Shown: positions 52,057 through 62,315 of the stretch, piece after piece
How the letters are laid out: each line of letters begins with the position of its first letter
Numbering within the stretch: position 1 is the stretch's first letter
DNA from: Setoptus koraiensis
Lineage: Eukaryota; Animalia; Arthropoda
Direction of reading: 5' to 3'
NCBI GenBank assembly: GCA_048013815.1
Contig: CM106585.1
Coordinates: 24,118,001-24,182,000, forward strand
DNA: 64,000 bases
Translations under genes and position numbers: made by a program
Notes under the pieces: model-generated
Database searches by the model: none
What the model saw: the letters and a program-made list of their open reading frames with translations, nothing else
Told to the model about the DNA's origin: nothing

Positions 52057-52059
<3 letters not shown>

Positions 52060-52180
52060 TGTCTATATACTAGTAAATGGACGCACAGGCTTTTTTATAT
52101 ATATCTATATTCTATATATATATATATAAATATATTTATATAATATGTGACTGACTGAATAAATCAGTTATACTTGATCC

Positions 52181-53449
52181 TTAGCTTGTCCTTAATTGAT
52201 AGTCGCCATTCTGCGTTATATAGCGCACCCATGGCAACGCCTGGTAGCCACTTTTTTCTATGATCTTCAAATATCTTACTTGGATGCCTGATGTGGTGAA
52301 ATAAGGTATTTCAAATCTCACTTGGATGGGTGGCTTTCCCTCTGTTTCGTCACTCTCTATACTAGGCAATTTGAAATGAGCCCTCATGAGATACTCTTTA
52401 CCACCTGGAAATGACTTGATTGTCCAGATTATGGCCGACGTCTCTGGAGCGTATCTACACGAGCCGATTCCTGCCTTAAAATTTGGGGAATCGGCATCTT
52501 GTGGAACAGGTATAATTATTTCAACGCCATTTGCTGTTGATCGGCGCTTGAATTGGCTTTTAGCTTTTACCATATATTCTATCCGGCTATGTGCATGCTT
52601 TTCAATTTGTGACTCAATCCAAATCAATGGTTTTATATGTGTGCTTAAACGATATGACATCAATTCAAATGTACCATCTGGCGGTATGAATGATATTGTT
52701 CTGTCGTTTTCAAAACGTGACAATCTAACACACTGATGAAATTTAACATCTTCTAATTCAACTGATTTTGATTTACCTCTTCCAGTCGATTCAAATAACA
52801 CTTTATCATTGAGACCTAACCTCAACTCTGGCATACCACTCAAATAGACACGCATTTGTATGGAGCCCACTATTTCGGAACGTAATACATTACCACTGGC
52901 GTTGGCCAGAAGATTAACTGACTCAATGACATCTAGAAAGACTTCATTTTTTCTGTATTTGATACCCTGAGAACGCCAAGAGACGGCATTGGTCACTGCC
53001 TCGGGCGGCCTAACTTGCATTTCCATTATTTGCGATTCTTGTGTAATATATTCTTGCAATATCTTCCATTCAGTTGTCTGAGGGTAACCGAAGTCCATAA
53101 CTTCATCTAGTAGCTCATATATAAGTACAAAATTATCTCTTATAGATTCTTCCTCTAGTTCTTTAAAATATTCAGTGAACACTTGAGCACAACGATGCAA
53201 GAATTGAAATACTAATGTAACATTGGCGTTTTTTGTAGTTGTAGCAACTAGATATAAATTATTGCACTTGATGAATAAGAAGCTAACATTTTGATGGCGT
53301 AATATTGGGCAAAGGCAGGCCTCATCCTCTCGCTCGCTTAATATAGGCATAAATTTATCAATTATATTTAGATCTACATCGCCACGATAATTTCTCGAAA
53401 TGAGAACTTTACCTTTAAGATCTAATATATAGACTGCTGATGCAGACAT
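52181..53449 (-). CDS. AP1M1: AP-1 adaptor complex mu subunit, intronless
   Basis: MSASAVYILDLKGKVLISRNYRGD ... KSGYQALPWVRYITQNGDYQLR, essentially the canonical mu1 sequence. Confidence 0.98.
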   Translation of the reverse strand: MSASAVYILDLKGKVLISRNYRGDVDLNIIDKFMPILSEREDEACLCPILRHQNVSFLFIKCNNLYLVATTTKNANVTLVFQFLHRCAQVFTEYFKELEEESIRDNFVLIYELLDEVMDFGYPQTTEWKILQEYITQESQIMEMQVRPPEAVTNAVSWRSQGIKYRKNEVFLDVIESVNLLANASGNVLRSEIVGSIQMRVYLSGMPELRLGLNDKVLFESTGRGKSKSVELEDVKFHQCVRLSRFENDRTISFIPPDGTFELMSYRLSTHIKPLIWIESQIEKHAHSRIEYMVKAKSQFKRRSTANGVEIIIPVPQDADSPNFKAGIGSCRYAPETSAIIWTIKSFPGGKEYLMRAHFKLPSIESDETEGKPPIQVRFEIPYFTTSGIQVRYLKIIEKSGYQALPWVRYITQNGDYQLRTS

Positions 53450-54099
53450 GTTGGCTCCTTGTTGTTGTAGTTGATTAATATGCCGCTCACTTTCGTTCTA
53501 ATATTCCTCTGGCTAAAATATCAATCGGATCCTTGTGAGCCAACAGTATATCTAGTATAATAATAATTTAATTTAATAGTATAATAATAATAAAATCCAG
53601 GCAAATGGATGGGACGGTGTCTAAAGGTGTCCGCTAATATATTTGCAAATGAACTGAAAAGGCTACGCTAGCTTCCACAGTGTCTGTTCCATGCGGCGTA
53701 TTTTGACTTTTTGTGCAAATTTACCAAACACAAGGCTACACAATGAGCGCACAGTGTGCGTTGTCAGAATTAAACTTATAGCGGACAGAATAGAGTACCT
53801 AATTTCATTGCACTCATCTTAAATGTAAGTGCATGATGATTGGTTTTATGTCATTAGTGAGACACTATCATTAATGTCACAATTTCTAGTACAATTTCTA
53901 GTACTATCTATCTTGATCTATCTCGGATTATCTTTAGGTTAAAATGCTCCAATATGAGAGGAGCATTACCTTGTTTCTCTTTCTTCCAGCATTAGATCTA
54001 TACTATTAATTCAGAGCGGTATCAAATCCTTTAATTAACACATTTCTTCCATATCATCCATTCAATAAAGTCGAAATTCGAGTCGCCTCTATTCTAAAA

Positions 54100-55554
54100 A
54101 TGGAACAAGAAACTCGCGAGCTTGCGTTTAACCAGAAAAAAACAATTTTGACTATAATAATTGCCTTGACTGATTCATTAGGACACTTCAGTACATTGAA
54201 GGCTATTGCAGATGAGTTGCTAAGCCGAAGCCATAGAGTTATATTCTTTTCAGTGAATGAACTTGATACAAAGGGCTACGAGGCTATTATAGCCAGTGAA
54301 ATTGACTCTTTTCTGTCTAAACCATGGAAATTAACGGACAGAATAACAGAGCGAAAATTTGATGATTCCGTGGATAGCGCTGAAGATAAGTGGACAAAAA
54401 TTGTTGAGATTGTTGCACCAGTATTCAGAATGGGCCCAAAAGAATCAGCGAGAGAATCAGTTTCACTTGGCCATGGTCAATGCAGATACGAAGTAGAGCT
54501 GCATCATGACAGGTTGGAACAATTATTTAAGCTTATCAAGCCCGATGTTATTGTCTCAGATTTAATGTTATGTTATCCATGCATAATGAATCAGAGAGAC
54601 ATTAAATGGGTTCGCCTCTTCTTGGGAGCTTCATTGGCAATATATGGAAGGTATTATCCGACGTTGTTGCCTCCTGAATGGTACGGCTTGCCTACATTAT
54701 GCAGCACTGATGTAATTAAAGAATACAGAGATTTCGATTACAGTATCAAGATTAAACATTATAACAAGTTGACTGATACTTTAAAGGATAAATTCAATTG
54801 TCAAGATATGCCACCAGCGGAAAAAACTGTTGAATTTGTGCCCGAGTCGCCTTTCATGAATATCTACATGTATCCAAGCGCATTAGATTACGCTAATATA
54901 ATCAAAGATGTAAAGAGGCCTGCAAATTGGTTCCATGTTAATTCTTTGGTTCCCAAAAATTTGAACACGCGTCGTAGCGAGACATTCAATAGTTCAGATA
55001 GAAAAGAAGTTGACGATTTTGTCATTCGAAAAATTGGAGACACTAAGCTGATCTATTTTAGCTTAGGCACTCTAGCGAGTGCTGATACCGATTTGATGAA
55101 TCGCATATTGGCTTTTCTGGCTTTAGACATCGATAATCTTTACATCGTTTCTATGGGGCCCTTACATCAGCATTTGAAACTGGGAGATAACATGTTGGGG
55201 CGCAAATTTATTGATCAACTTTATATTCTACCCAAGATAGATTTGATTATTACTCATGGTGGAAATAACACAATTACAGAGTCATTTCATTATGGAGTGC
55301 CGGGATTTGTTGTTCTACCAGTATTCGACGATCAACATGATAATGCCAGACGAATTGAAGAAATAAAAGTAGGTAAGAGCCTAGATACATACAATTGCTC
55401 AAGAATAGAATTGATGGAGGCTATACACTCTGTATTATCTGACACAAGTATCAAGGAAAGGATGCAGAAGTTCGGGGAGGAAATCCGAAATTCGAATGGG
55501 CTCGTGACAGCTTGCGATATGATAGAGAGAGCAGCCGCCGACGATAGCTGCTAG
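54100..55554 (+). CDS. GT1 UDP-glycosyltransferase, cytosolic bacterial-type (mite UGT-like), intronless
   Basis: N-terminal GH catalytic motif (DSLGHF), YFSLGT, and UGT signature DLIITHGGNNTITESFHYGVPGFVVLPVFDDQHDNARRIEE. No signal peptide and no C-terminal TM anchor. Confidence 0.92.
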   Translation: MEQETRELAFNQKKTILTIIIALTDSLGHFSTLKAIADELLSRSHRVIFFSVNELDTKGYEAIIASEIDSFLSKPWKLTDRITERKFDDSVDSAEDKWTKIVEIVAPVFRMGPKESARESVSLGHGQCRYEVELHHDRLEQLFKLIKPDVIVSDLMLCYPCIMNQRDIKWVRLFLGASLAIYGRYYPTLLPPEWYGLPTLCSTDVIKEYRDFDYSIKIKHYNKLTDTLKDKFNCQDMPPAEKTVEFVPESPFMNIYMYPSALDYANIIKDVKRPANWFHVNSLVPKNLNTRRSETFNSSDRKEVDDFVIRKIGDTKLIYFSLGTLASADTDLMNRILAFLALDIDNLYIVSMGPLHQHLKLGDNMLGRKFIDQLYILPKIDLIITHGGNNTITESFHYGVPGFVVLPVFDDQHDNARRIEEIKVGKSLDTYNCSRIELMEAIHSVLSDTSIKERMQKFGEEIRNSNGLVTACDMIERAAADDSC

Positions 55555-55580
55555 TTGTTGTGTTAAATTAGTTGTAATTG

Positions 55581-55686
55581 AAAGGCATCTCGTTAATTGA
55601 TAAATCATGGAAAGACATCTCGTTAATTGATGAGTCATGGAAAGGCACCTCGTCAATTGATGAATTCTGGAAAGGTGTGCTAATTG
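55581..55686. repeat. Diverged 30-bp tandem repeat x3.5 just 3' of the UGT stop
   Basis: aaaggcatctcgttaattgataaatcatgg / aaagacatctcgttaattgatgagtcatgg / aaaggcacctcgtcaattgatgaattctgg / aaaggtgtgctaattg. Confidence 0.9.
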
Positions 55687-56453
55687 CCTTTTGAATTCGC
55701 ATGACCTAGAATAACATCCCAATCTGCAGTTGAACGATAAAAGAATTCGTTACATTTATTTGCTAAAAAATCGAATAAAATATATACAAATAACTTCTTT
55801 TCTCGCCATCACTTCCTGAAGTACCTGTGACTTGAGCGCCTTATATAATGGGCTTTCGATGAATAGAATCAATGGAACGCATTTTAGAGGCATGACCTAG
55901 AGGTCTAATTAAAAAGTTATCTTGCACGTAACACGTGCCACCTAGGCTCGAAATTTCGTAAACTTTTGTAATTCGCGGTAATTATTAATCCTGTTTCGGT
56001 GATTCATGTTTCGAGAAGTTGAACTATGCTATGTCGTAGACGAAAATTGATACTCGATATATCCGCGAGGGCGGCGCTTTAAGGTTTCCTCTTCCATTCG
56101 GAGTGAAATACAGCTCGCGTTGGTTAGATGATTAGCCGCAGAATATCGAGTATCGATCGTGTTTGCACATCTCATCCAATGCTCAGACAAGTGCACCAAT
56201 CAACAACAAAACATTAGATGAAACACCACACCCTTGACTGTGTATTTCAAGGTCTTGCAACCACCCCTTGCGGATTATTTTTGCATCAATATTTTCCATA
56301 TCGGAAATGGAACACACATTATATAAATACCATCAGACGTATAGCACAAAAGACTAGAACGTGTAGATCTATTCATGTAAACCGTATTTACCAGAGCTGT
56401 TTTATTTGTCATTTTATAACATCAGATTAATTCATTGTCAACATCTAATCATC

Positions 56454-56783
56454 ATGGACGATTGGGACGCCGAAGCCGATAACCCACCATTTAGTCTTTT
56501 TAAGGAGGTGACACCTCAGGAGGCGATAAAAAAATTTGAATGGCTTGATATTGTTGTCTACAATAGATGGTCAAAGTCGGAGAGGAGGCTGTACCAAAAA
56601 TTAAAATGTATACAGGTCGCAGAGGTTCTAGAGAAGACAGCCCAAGACAATGTTGACGATCTGACTAAAGCTTTTGATCAATTAACCGTGATAAAGAACG
56701 CAGACCAAGACACAGCTTCTGAAGTCGATGATCTTATCAAATCGCTTGAGAGAAAATTGAACATAACCACGAAGAAGAAATGA
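56454..56783 (+). CDS. Small orphan protein, 109 aa (MDDWDAEADNPPFS...TTKKK); the 125-aa track ORF has an upstream ATG at 56406
   Basis: Normal-complexity ORF in the gene-dense block, convergent with EXOSC5. Its N-terminus is homologous to the EXOSC5 N-terminus. Function not recognised. Confidence 0.6.
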   Translation: MDDWDAEADNPPFSLFKEVTPQEAIKKFEWLDIVVYNRWSKSERRLYQKLKCIQVAEVLEKTAQDNVDDLTKAFDQLTVIKNADQDTASEVDDLIKSLERKLNITTKKK

Positions 56784-56871
56784 AGACCTGCCATTAAAAA
56801 ATTCTCTTATGAGTCAGATTATTATTAGTAGTATACCCGGATTTATTGAATTTTAACCTGTTCCAATAACG

Positions 56872-57645
56872 TTATTGCGCTCGCTTTGAAAAGCGTGCCT
56901 CAATATCGTTTCTTATCTGGTCAAATATCTTCTCTGATTCCAATCTTGCCAGCCTTGTAGCCTCGTTTAAGACGCACTGATTGTATATACCTTGAGTCTT
57001 AATGGCAATCAATTTATAACTATGATGTTCAAATACAAGATCGAATCTCGAACAACATTGTGATTCCTGTTCCTTGTTGGGCTGTACAATAAACAAAAGG
57101 TTTGATAAATTATTGACTCCTTCTTCATCATATGATTCCTTCTCTACAGTAGTCTCTTTATTTAGAGTTGTAATGACAGTCACACCGGTTGCCACGCATC
57201 TCATTGGTAGTCCACAATCTAGGAGAGCACAACAAGTGCCTGTGATTGCTGCAGTCACTATTGAGCCACCATCGTATATCTCTTGCACTATGATAGAAAT
57301 GAGAGTTCTTGGATGAAGTCTAGTGAGGAGAACGTATTGGAAGGTTGTCTTAATGAAGTTCTCGAATTCTCTCAGTTCGGCTTGTAACGGGTTGGACATA
57401 GATATGCTAATTTTACGTTTGTAGAGAACCTCTATCACAGCCTCTTCATAGTTGATTTTTGATTGGGCAATATCCACGGGACCATACGCGGCAGCTTGAA
57501 CGATTGTTTGATTTTGTAGTATCAAAGCGGAACCATCAGGTCTGCTCAGATTGCCGAAGGCAACTTGTGTTTTGTCCACTTGGCGTGTCAGTTTTTTGGG
57601 AGAGCTCAATGGTGGGTGATGAACTTCGGCATCGCAAACGTCCAT
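56872..57645 (-). CDS. EXOSC5: Exosome complex component Rrp46 (RNase PH fold), intronless CDS
   Basis: LSRPDGSA, VQAAAYGP, PRTLISIIVQEIYDGGS, ITGTCCALLDCGLPM motifs. Confidence 0.9.
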   Translation of the reverse strand: MDVCDAEVHHPPLSSPKKLTRQVDKTQVAFGNLSRPDGSALILQNQTIVQAAAYGPVDIAQSKINYEEAVIEVLYKRKISISMSNPLQAELREFENFIKTTFQYVLLTRLHPRTLISIIVQEIYDGGSIVTAAITGTCCALLDCGLPMRCVATGVTVITTLNKETTVEKESYDEEGVNNLSNLLFIVQPNKEQESQCCSRFDLVFEHHSYKLIAIKTQGIYNQCVLNEATRLARLESEKIFDQIRNDIEARFSKRAQ

Positions 57646-58146
57646 CTCGACTAAAATATAAATTCAAGTGTCCTCTAAGCTACAAATTCTTATAGATCCC
57701 TGGGAGTATTTGCGGTTTGTAAATAAAAGGTAATATTGTTCGAATACTGTGTGACCTATTGATATAACCTACCGTTGTAGGGAATAAATTGGAGGGGCAC
57801 CCTTGGATACTCATGAGAAGGCATGAAAGAGAGAGAGAGAGCACATGGCATTGTATATGGTGATGGGAAAAATATGCATCATGTGCGGAACGCGTATCAT
57901 TTGATCACGGATGTTGACCGATTCATTTTCTTGCTCGAGAACAGATGTGTTATATAAGGCACAAATTGTGCTGCACAATTGTGATATGTGCATGAAAAAG
58001 CACGATCTGTGCTTGCTTTGAAATGAACAACTCACAATTCTGAACAAATGCAATAAAACATGGAAATTTGCGTGGCACCAACACGAGACACCATTATATC
58101 ATCTATTCAACTACATGTATATAGCTGGAACTCAACGTGATCCATC

Positions 58147-59349
58147 ATGACAAGCATTGCCAAAATTGTCAGATCTAGAGCGGCCTTCAAAAATCTGATG
58201 CCAATACCTCAAGTCTCCGCCACGGATATGGAATCAACTCAACGCGAGCTCACCCCAAAAAAATTACCCCCATTACCTAAGGAGAGAGACTTATTGAGGG
58301 TTTATGGAATAAAAGCCAAGAAACAACTGTCTCAGAACTTTTTGTTGGATCCAAGATTGCTTTATAGACTAGTCCGAGCGGCAGGGGTGATGCCAGGTTA
58401 CAGAGTTGTCGAAGTTGGACCAGGACCTGGAAATCTTACACGATCCATCTTGCAAAAGGGTCCCTTAGAAGTGTTAGCTATCGAGAAAGACAGGAGATTT
58501 TTGCCACTACTAGAAATGCTGGCCGATTCAGTGGAGCCCGGTCAATTGAAAATAGTTGTCGGGGACGCCATGGACCACACTTTTACCAATGCCTTCGGTG
58601 TCGCTGAGAGTATGGAATTCAACGAAACTGGTGGCGGGTATCAAGCTAGCATATGCAATGTCAAGCGTCGGTGGGAAGGATTTGACTCGCCACCAATAAG
58701 AATTGTAGGAAATTTACCTTTTAGTGTGTCCACTGCCCTCTTAATAAAATGGTTGAATCTAATTTCAGTGAGGCAGGGGTTTTGGGAGTACGGAAGAGTA
58801 CCTATGTTATTAACTTTTCAAGAAGAGGTTGCACGGAGGATAACAGCAGACCCTTGCTCATCAGAGCGCACCAGGCTATCGGCAATGGTGCAAAACTATT
58901 GTAGAGTTAAATATATGTTCACTATTAAGGGTACATCTTTCACACCTGCGGCTATTGTGAACACAGGTGTCGTGAAGTTGGAGCCTAGAATCAAACCATA
59001 CTGTGATGTTCCCTTTAGATTATTCGAGAAGTTTGTCAGGCACCTATATCATCATCGCAATAAGGACGTTTTGTACAATGTGCGTACCCTTTTCCCCAAA
59101 GACATGGCAGATTGCGCCGATAGATTAGTTGAAAAGGCGGAGGTCAGCTCTTTCATTAGGTGTTATATGGTGAGCAATGTCGAAGTATCTAGAATGTGCG
59201 CTGAATATTACGAATATTGTAAACAATACCCAGCTCTGATAGAATTCAACTATCGAGCTGGTAAGAGACTAGTCGACGAGCTAAGCTTGAAAGTTCTACG
59301 CGAGGCAGGACTTGGTCTACTAGAAGAGGATATTCCCAAACTAAATTAA
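58147..59349 (+). CDS. TFB1M: Mitochondrial 12S rRNA dimethyladenosine transferase / mtTFB1, intronless
   Basis: KLPPLP...LSQNFLLD, VVEVGPGPGNLTRSIL, IEKDRRF, IVGNLPFSVST, GRVPMLLTFQEEVA motifs. Confidence 0.95.
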   Translation: MTSIAKIVRSRAAFKNLMPIPQVSATDMESTQRELTPKKLPPLPKERDLLRVYGIKAKKQLSQNFLLDPRLLYRLVRAAGVMPGYRVVEVGPGPGNLTRSILQKGPLEVLAIEKDRRFLPLLEMLADSVEPGQLKIVVGDAMDHTFTNAFGVAESMEFNETGGGYQASICNVKRRWEGFDSPPIRIVGNLPFSVSTALLIKWLNLISVRQGFWEYGRVPMLLTFQEEVARRITADPCSSERTRLSAMVQNYCRVKYMFTIKGTSFTPAAIVNTGVVKLEPRIKPYCDVPFRLFEKFVRHLYHHRNKDVLYNVRTLFPKDMADCADRLVEKAEVSSFIRCYMVSNVEVSRMCAEYYEYCKQYPALIEFNYRAGKRLVDELSLKVLREAGLGLLEEDIPKLN

Positions 59350-59661
59350 AGGTGCATGCTGTCACTAAACATAGATGATCTGTCTTGTGTCCATTTACCA
59401 GATGTGGTTGCGTAAAAATTCCTATGTCTTTTTCAACAGCATACGATGATCACGCCAATGAATGACGCACTGGCACAAATTCTGTAGTCACTTGCGTTCT
59501 CCAAGTTAGAGAGGCTGTGTATCAAGGCTTTGAAAATGGACGTTCGCTCGCACCCGGCATCTTTCTTCTTTCCCTCTTTCCCCTATTTGACGCATGCGCA
59601 AAGCTACTGCTTCGAACTGTTGTTGTTGAATCCAGGCTGAAGTTCAGCCGCTGAACACACG

Positions 59662-59686
59662 TGAAACTTCAGGAACATTCTAGAAG
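59662..59686 (+). promoter_or_regulatory. Heat-shock element with five perfect alternating nGAAn units
   Basis: tGAAacTTCagGAAcaTTCtaGAAg, about 220 bp upstream of the Hsp70 ATG. Confidence 0.9.
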
Positions 59687-59708
59687 GAGTGAGCGCACAT
59701 CTGAAAAA

Positions 59709-59739
59709 GTTCGCGAAAGTTCCTCGCTCACGATATATA
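59709..59739 (+). promoter_or_regulatory. Second HSE (3 units) and TATA-like box of Hsp70
   Basis: gTTCgcGAAagTTCc at 59709-59723; TATATA at 59734-59739. Confidence 0.75.
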
Positions 59740-59907
59740 CTTCTTCATCTGCTTGATTTTCTCATATTCACAAAATACAGTAAATCCAATCGTCTAAACC
59801 AATCTAGTTCTAAAATTGCAAAATATAATCCAAAGTAAAAAAGTCTAGGAAACTGAAACTAAACATTACGCTACATCACTTCTGCAGTAATATAAATAAC
59901 TTCTAAA

Positions 59908-61866
59908 ATGTCTACAAACGCCATTGGTATCGATTTGGGAACCACATACTCATGTGTCGGAGTTTTTCAACATGGTAAAGTCGAGATCATCGCCAACGAT
60001 CAAGGTAACCGTACAACACCGAGTTATGTAGGTTTCACCGATTCCGAGCGTCTAATTGGTGACGCTGCCAAAAATCAAGTAGCTATGAATCCTCAAAATA
60101 CAGTCTTCGACGCTAAACGTCTCATTGGTCGTCGCTTCGATGATGCTACCGTTCAATCCGACATGAAATTGTGGCCGTTCACAGTAATCAATGACAACAC
60201 AAAACCCAAAATTCAAGTCGAATTTAAGGGTGAGACAAAATCCTTCTTCCCGGAAGAAATTTCATCGATGGTGCTGACCAAGATGCGCGAAACTGCCGAG
60301 GCTTACCTAGGAAAGAAAGTCACAAATGCAGTCATCACAGTTCCAGCATATTTCAACGACTCGCAACGTCAAGCCACCAAAGATGCTGGTGCAATTGCTG
60401 GTATGAATGTTATGAGAATCATCAATGAGCCCACTGCTGCAGCTATTGCATATGGATTGGACAAGAAGGGAGGCAAAGAAAAGAACATTTTAATTTTTGA
60501 CCTTGGTGGTGGAACATTCGATGTGTCAGTGTTGTCCATTGACGATGGTGTGTTTGAGGTGAAAGCAACCGCTGGAGATACTCACTTGGGTGGTGAGGAC
60601 TTCGACAACAGAATGGTGAATCACTTTGTACAAGAATTCAAACGAAAACACAAGAAAGATATTACAGGTAACAAGAGAGCCGTTCGTCGTTTGAGGACAG
60701 CCTGTGAACGAGCCAAGAGAACATTGTCATCATCTACTCAAGCTAGTATTGAAATTGATTCACTATTTGAGGGTATCGACTTTTACTCAAACATCACCCG
60801 TGCTAGATTCGAGGAATTGTGCGCTGATTTGTTCCGATCAACTCTAGACCCAGTCGAGAAATCTCTTCGTGATGCAAAGATTGATAAAGCCAGTATCCAA
60901 GAGATCGTCTTGGTCGGAGGTTCTACTCGTATCCCAAAGGTTCAAAAGCTTTTACAAGATTTCTTCAACGGAAAAGAACTCAACAAGAGTATCAATCCAG
61001 ATGAGGCCGTAGCCTATGGTGCCGCAGTACAAGCAGCCATTCTTAGCGGTGACAAATCTGAGGCTGTACAAGATCTGCTACTTTTGGATGTTACACCACT
61101 ATCACTTGGTATTGAAACTGCTGGTGGAGTGATGACGACATTAATCAAAAGAAATGCAACTATTCCAACTAAGCACTCACAGATATTCACAACATACAGC
61201 GACAACCAACCTGGTGTGTTGATTCAAGTGTATGAAGGAGAGCGTGCTATGACCCGCGACAACAATATGTTGGGCAAATTCGAACTATCTGGAATCCCAC
61301 CGGCACCAAGAGGAGTTCCACAAGTTGAAGTGACATTCGATATAGACGCCAACGGTATCTTGAATGTATCTGCTGTTGACAAGAGCACAGGTAAACAAAA
61401 CAAGATAACCATTACCAATGATAAGGGTCGCCTATCTAAAGAAGATATTGAGCGCATGGTACAAGAAGCAGAGAAATTCAAAGAGGATGACGAGAAACAA
61501 AAGGATCGTATCAAAGCCAAGAATGATCTTGAGTCGTTTGCATTTAACCTAAAACAAACGTGTGAGGATGAAAAGCTCAAAGACAAGATACCTGCAGAAG
61601 ACCGTAAGAGTTTAGAGGAGAAAGTGAAAGAAACATTGGCCTGGTTAGATGCAAATCAAATGGCTGAAGCTGAAGAATTCGCTCATCATCAGAAAGAATT
61701 AGAGCAACTCTCAGCTCCCATCATGACCAAGATGTACCAAGCTGCAGGTGGACCAGGTGGTGCCGGAGGTTTCCCAGGTGCAGGTGGATTCCCCGGTGCT
61801 GGTGGCGAGGCTGGAGCAGCAGGTGCTGGAGCCAAGAGCGGTCCCACAATCGAAGAGGTAGATTAA
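59908..61866 (+). CDS. Hsp70: Cytosolic Hsp70/Hsc70, intronless
   Basis: [36 protein letters not shown] signatures; GGFPG repeats; C-terminal GPTIEEVD. Confidence 0.98.
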   Translation: MSTNAIGIDLGTTYSCVGVFQHGKVEIIANDQGNRTTPSYVGFTDSERLIGDAAKNQVAMNPQNTVFDAKRLIGRRFDDATVQSDMKLWPFTVINDNTKPKIQVEFKGETKSFFPEEISSMVLTKMRETAEAYLGKKVTNAVITVPAYFNDSQRQATKDAGAIAGMNVMRIINEPTAAAIAYGLDKKGGKEKNILIFDLGGGTFDVSVLSIDDGVFEVKATAGDTHLGGEDFDNRMVNHFVQEFKRKHKKDITGNKRAVRRLRTACERAKRTLSSSTQASIEIDSLFEGIDFYSNITRARFEELCADLFRSTLDPVEKSLRDAKIDKASIQEIVLVGGSTRIPKVQKLLQDFFNGKELNKSINPDEAVAYGAAVQAAILSGDKSEAVQDLLLLDVTPLSLGIETAGGVMTTLIKRNATIPTKHSQIFTTYSDNQPGVLIQVYEGERAMTRDNNMLGKFELSGIPPAPRGVPQVEVTFDIDANGILNVSAVDKSTGKQNKITITNDKGRLSKEDIERMVQEAEKFKEDDEKQKDRIKAKNDLESFAFNLKQTCEDEKLKDKIPAEDRKSLEEKVKETLAWLDANQMAEAEEFAHHQKELEQLSAPIMTKMYQAAGGPGGAGGFPGAGGFPGAGGEAGAAGAGAKSGPTIEEVD

Positions 61867-62104
61867 AAAGACCCGCGATGAGTCAACACAATAATGATCA
61901 CAAATTTTCTTATCGCTGTATATAATCATGAATATTTAACTGTTTGAATTTAGTATTAGAAATAAATTTGCACTATATCAAACAATCCAATTTTGGTCTA
62001 TTCTCGTTACTTTAAATCATTATCCTTGAATTGATAGAATGGAAAACAAAAACAGAAGGTACAGATTGTTTTATTATATCTATTACAATTCATTTTTGTT
62101 TGAT

Positions 62105-62315
62105 CTATCGGACAACATAATCTGTACGATATAAATTAGATTTACATGATGTATGACTGTAGAAAATATTCAACCTTCTCCTTTGGCCTAAAACGTCTAT
62201 CGCTGAAACTATCGCATATCGTATTATTTCGACCCTCCCTCGCCTCGGAGGTTCGAATTCTTGGCTGGACATTGGAGCCTCAGATGGGATCACCTTAATC
62301 AGAAATGACTTCGGA
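62105..62315 (-). CDS. Candidate alternative terminal exon of the Spaetzle-like gene
   Basis: Strong acceptor ttttttttccttctttttcag|T; 1+70 codons to TAG, phase-compatible with the donor at 62906. Confidence 0.35.

Noticed and set aside
61014-61929. Minus-strand ORFs over Hsp70
   Set aside because: Antisense shadows of the Hsp70 CDS.
62246-62266. GGTTCGAATT, a tRNA T-loop-like motif
   Set aside because: No complete T-stem, D-arm or acceptor stem can be formed.
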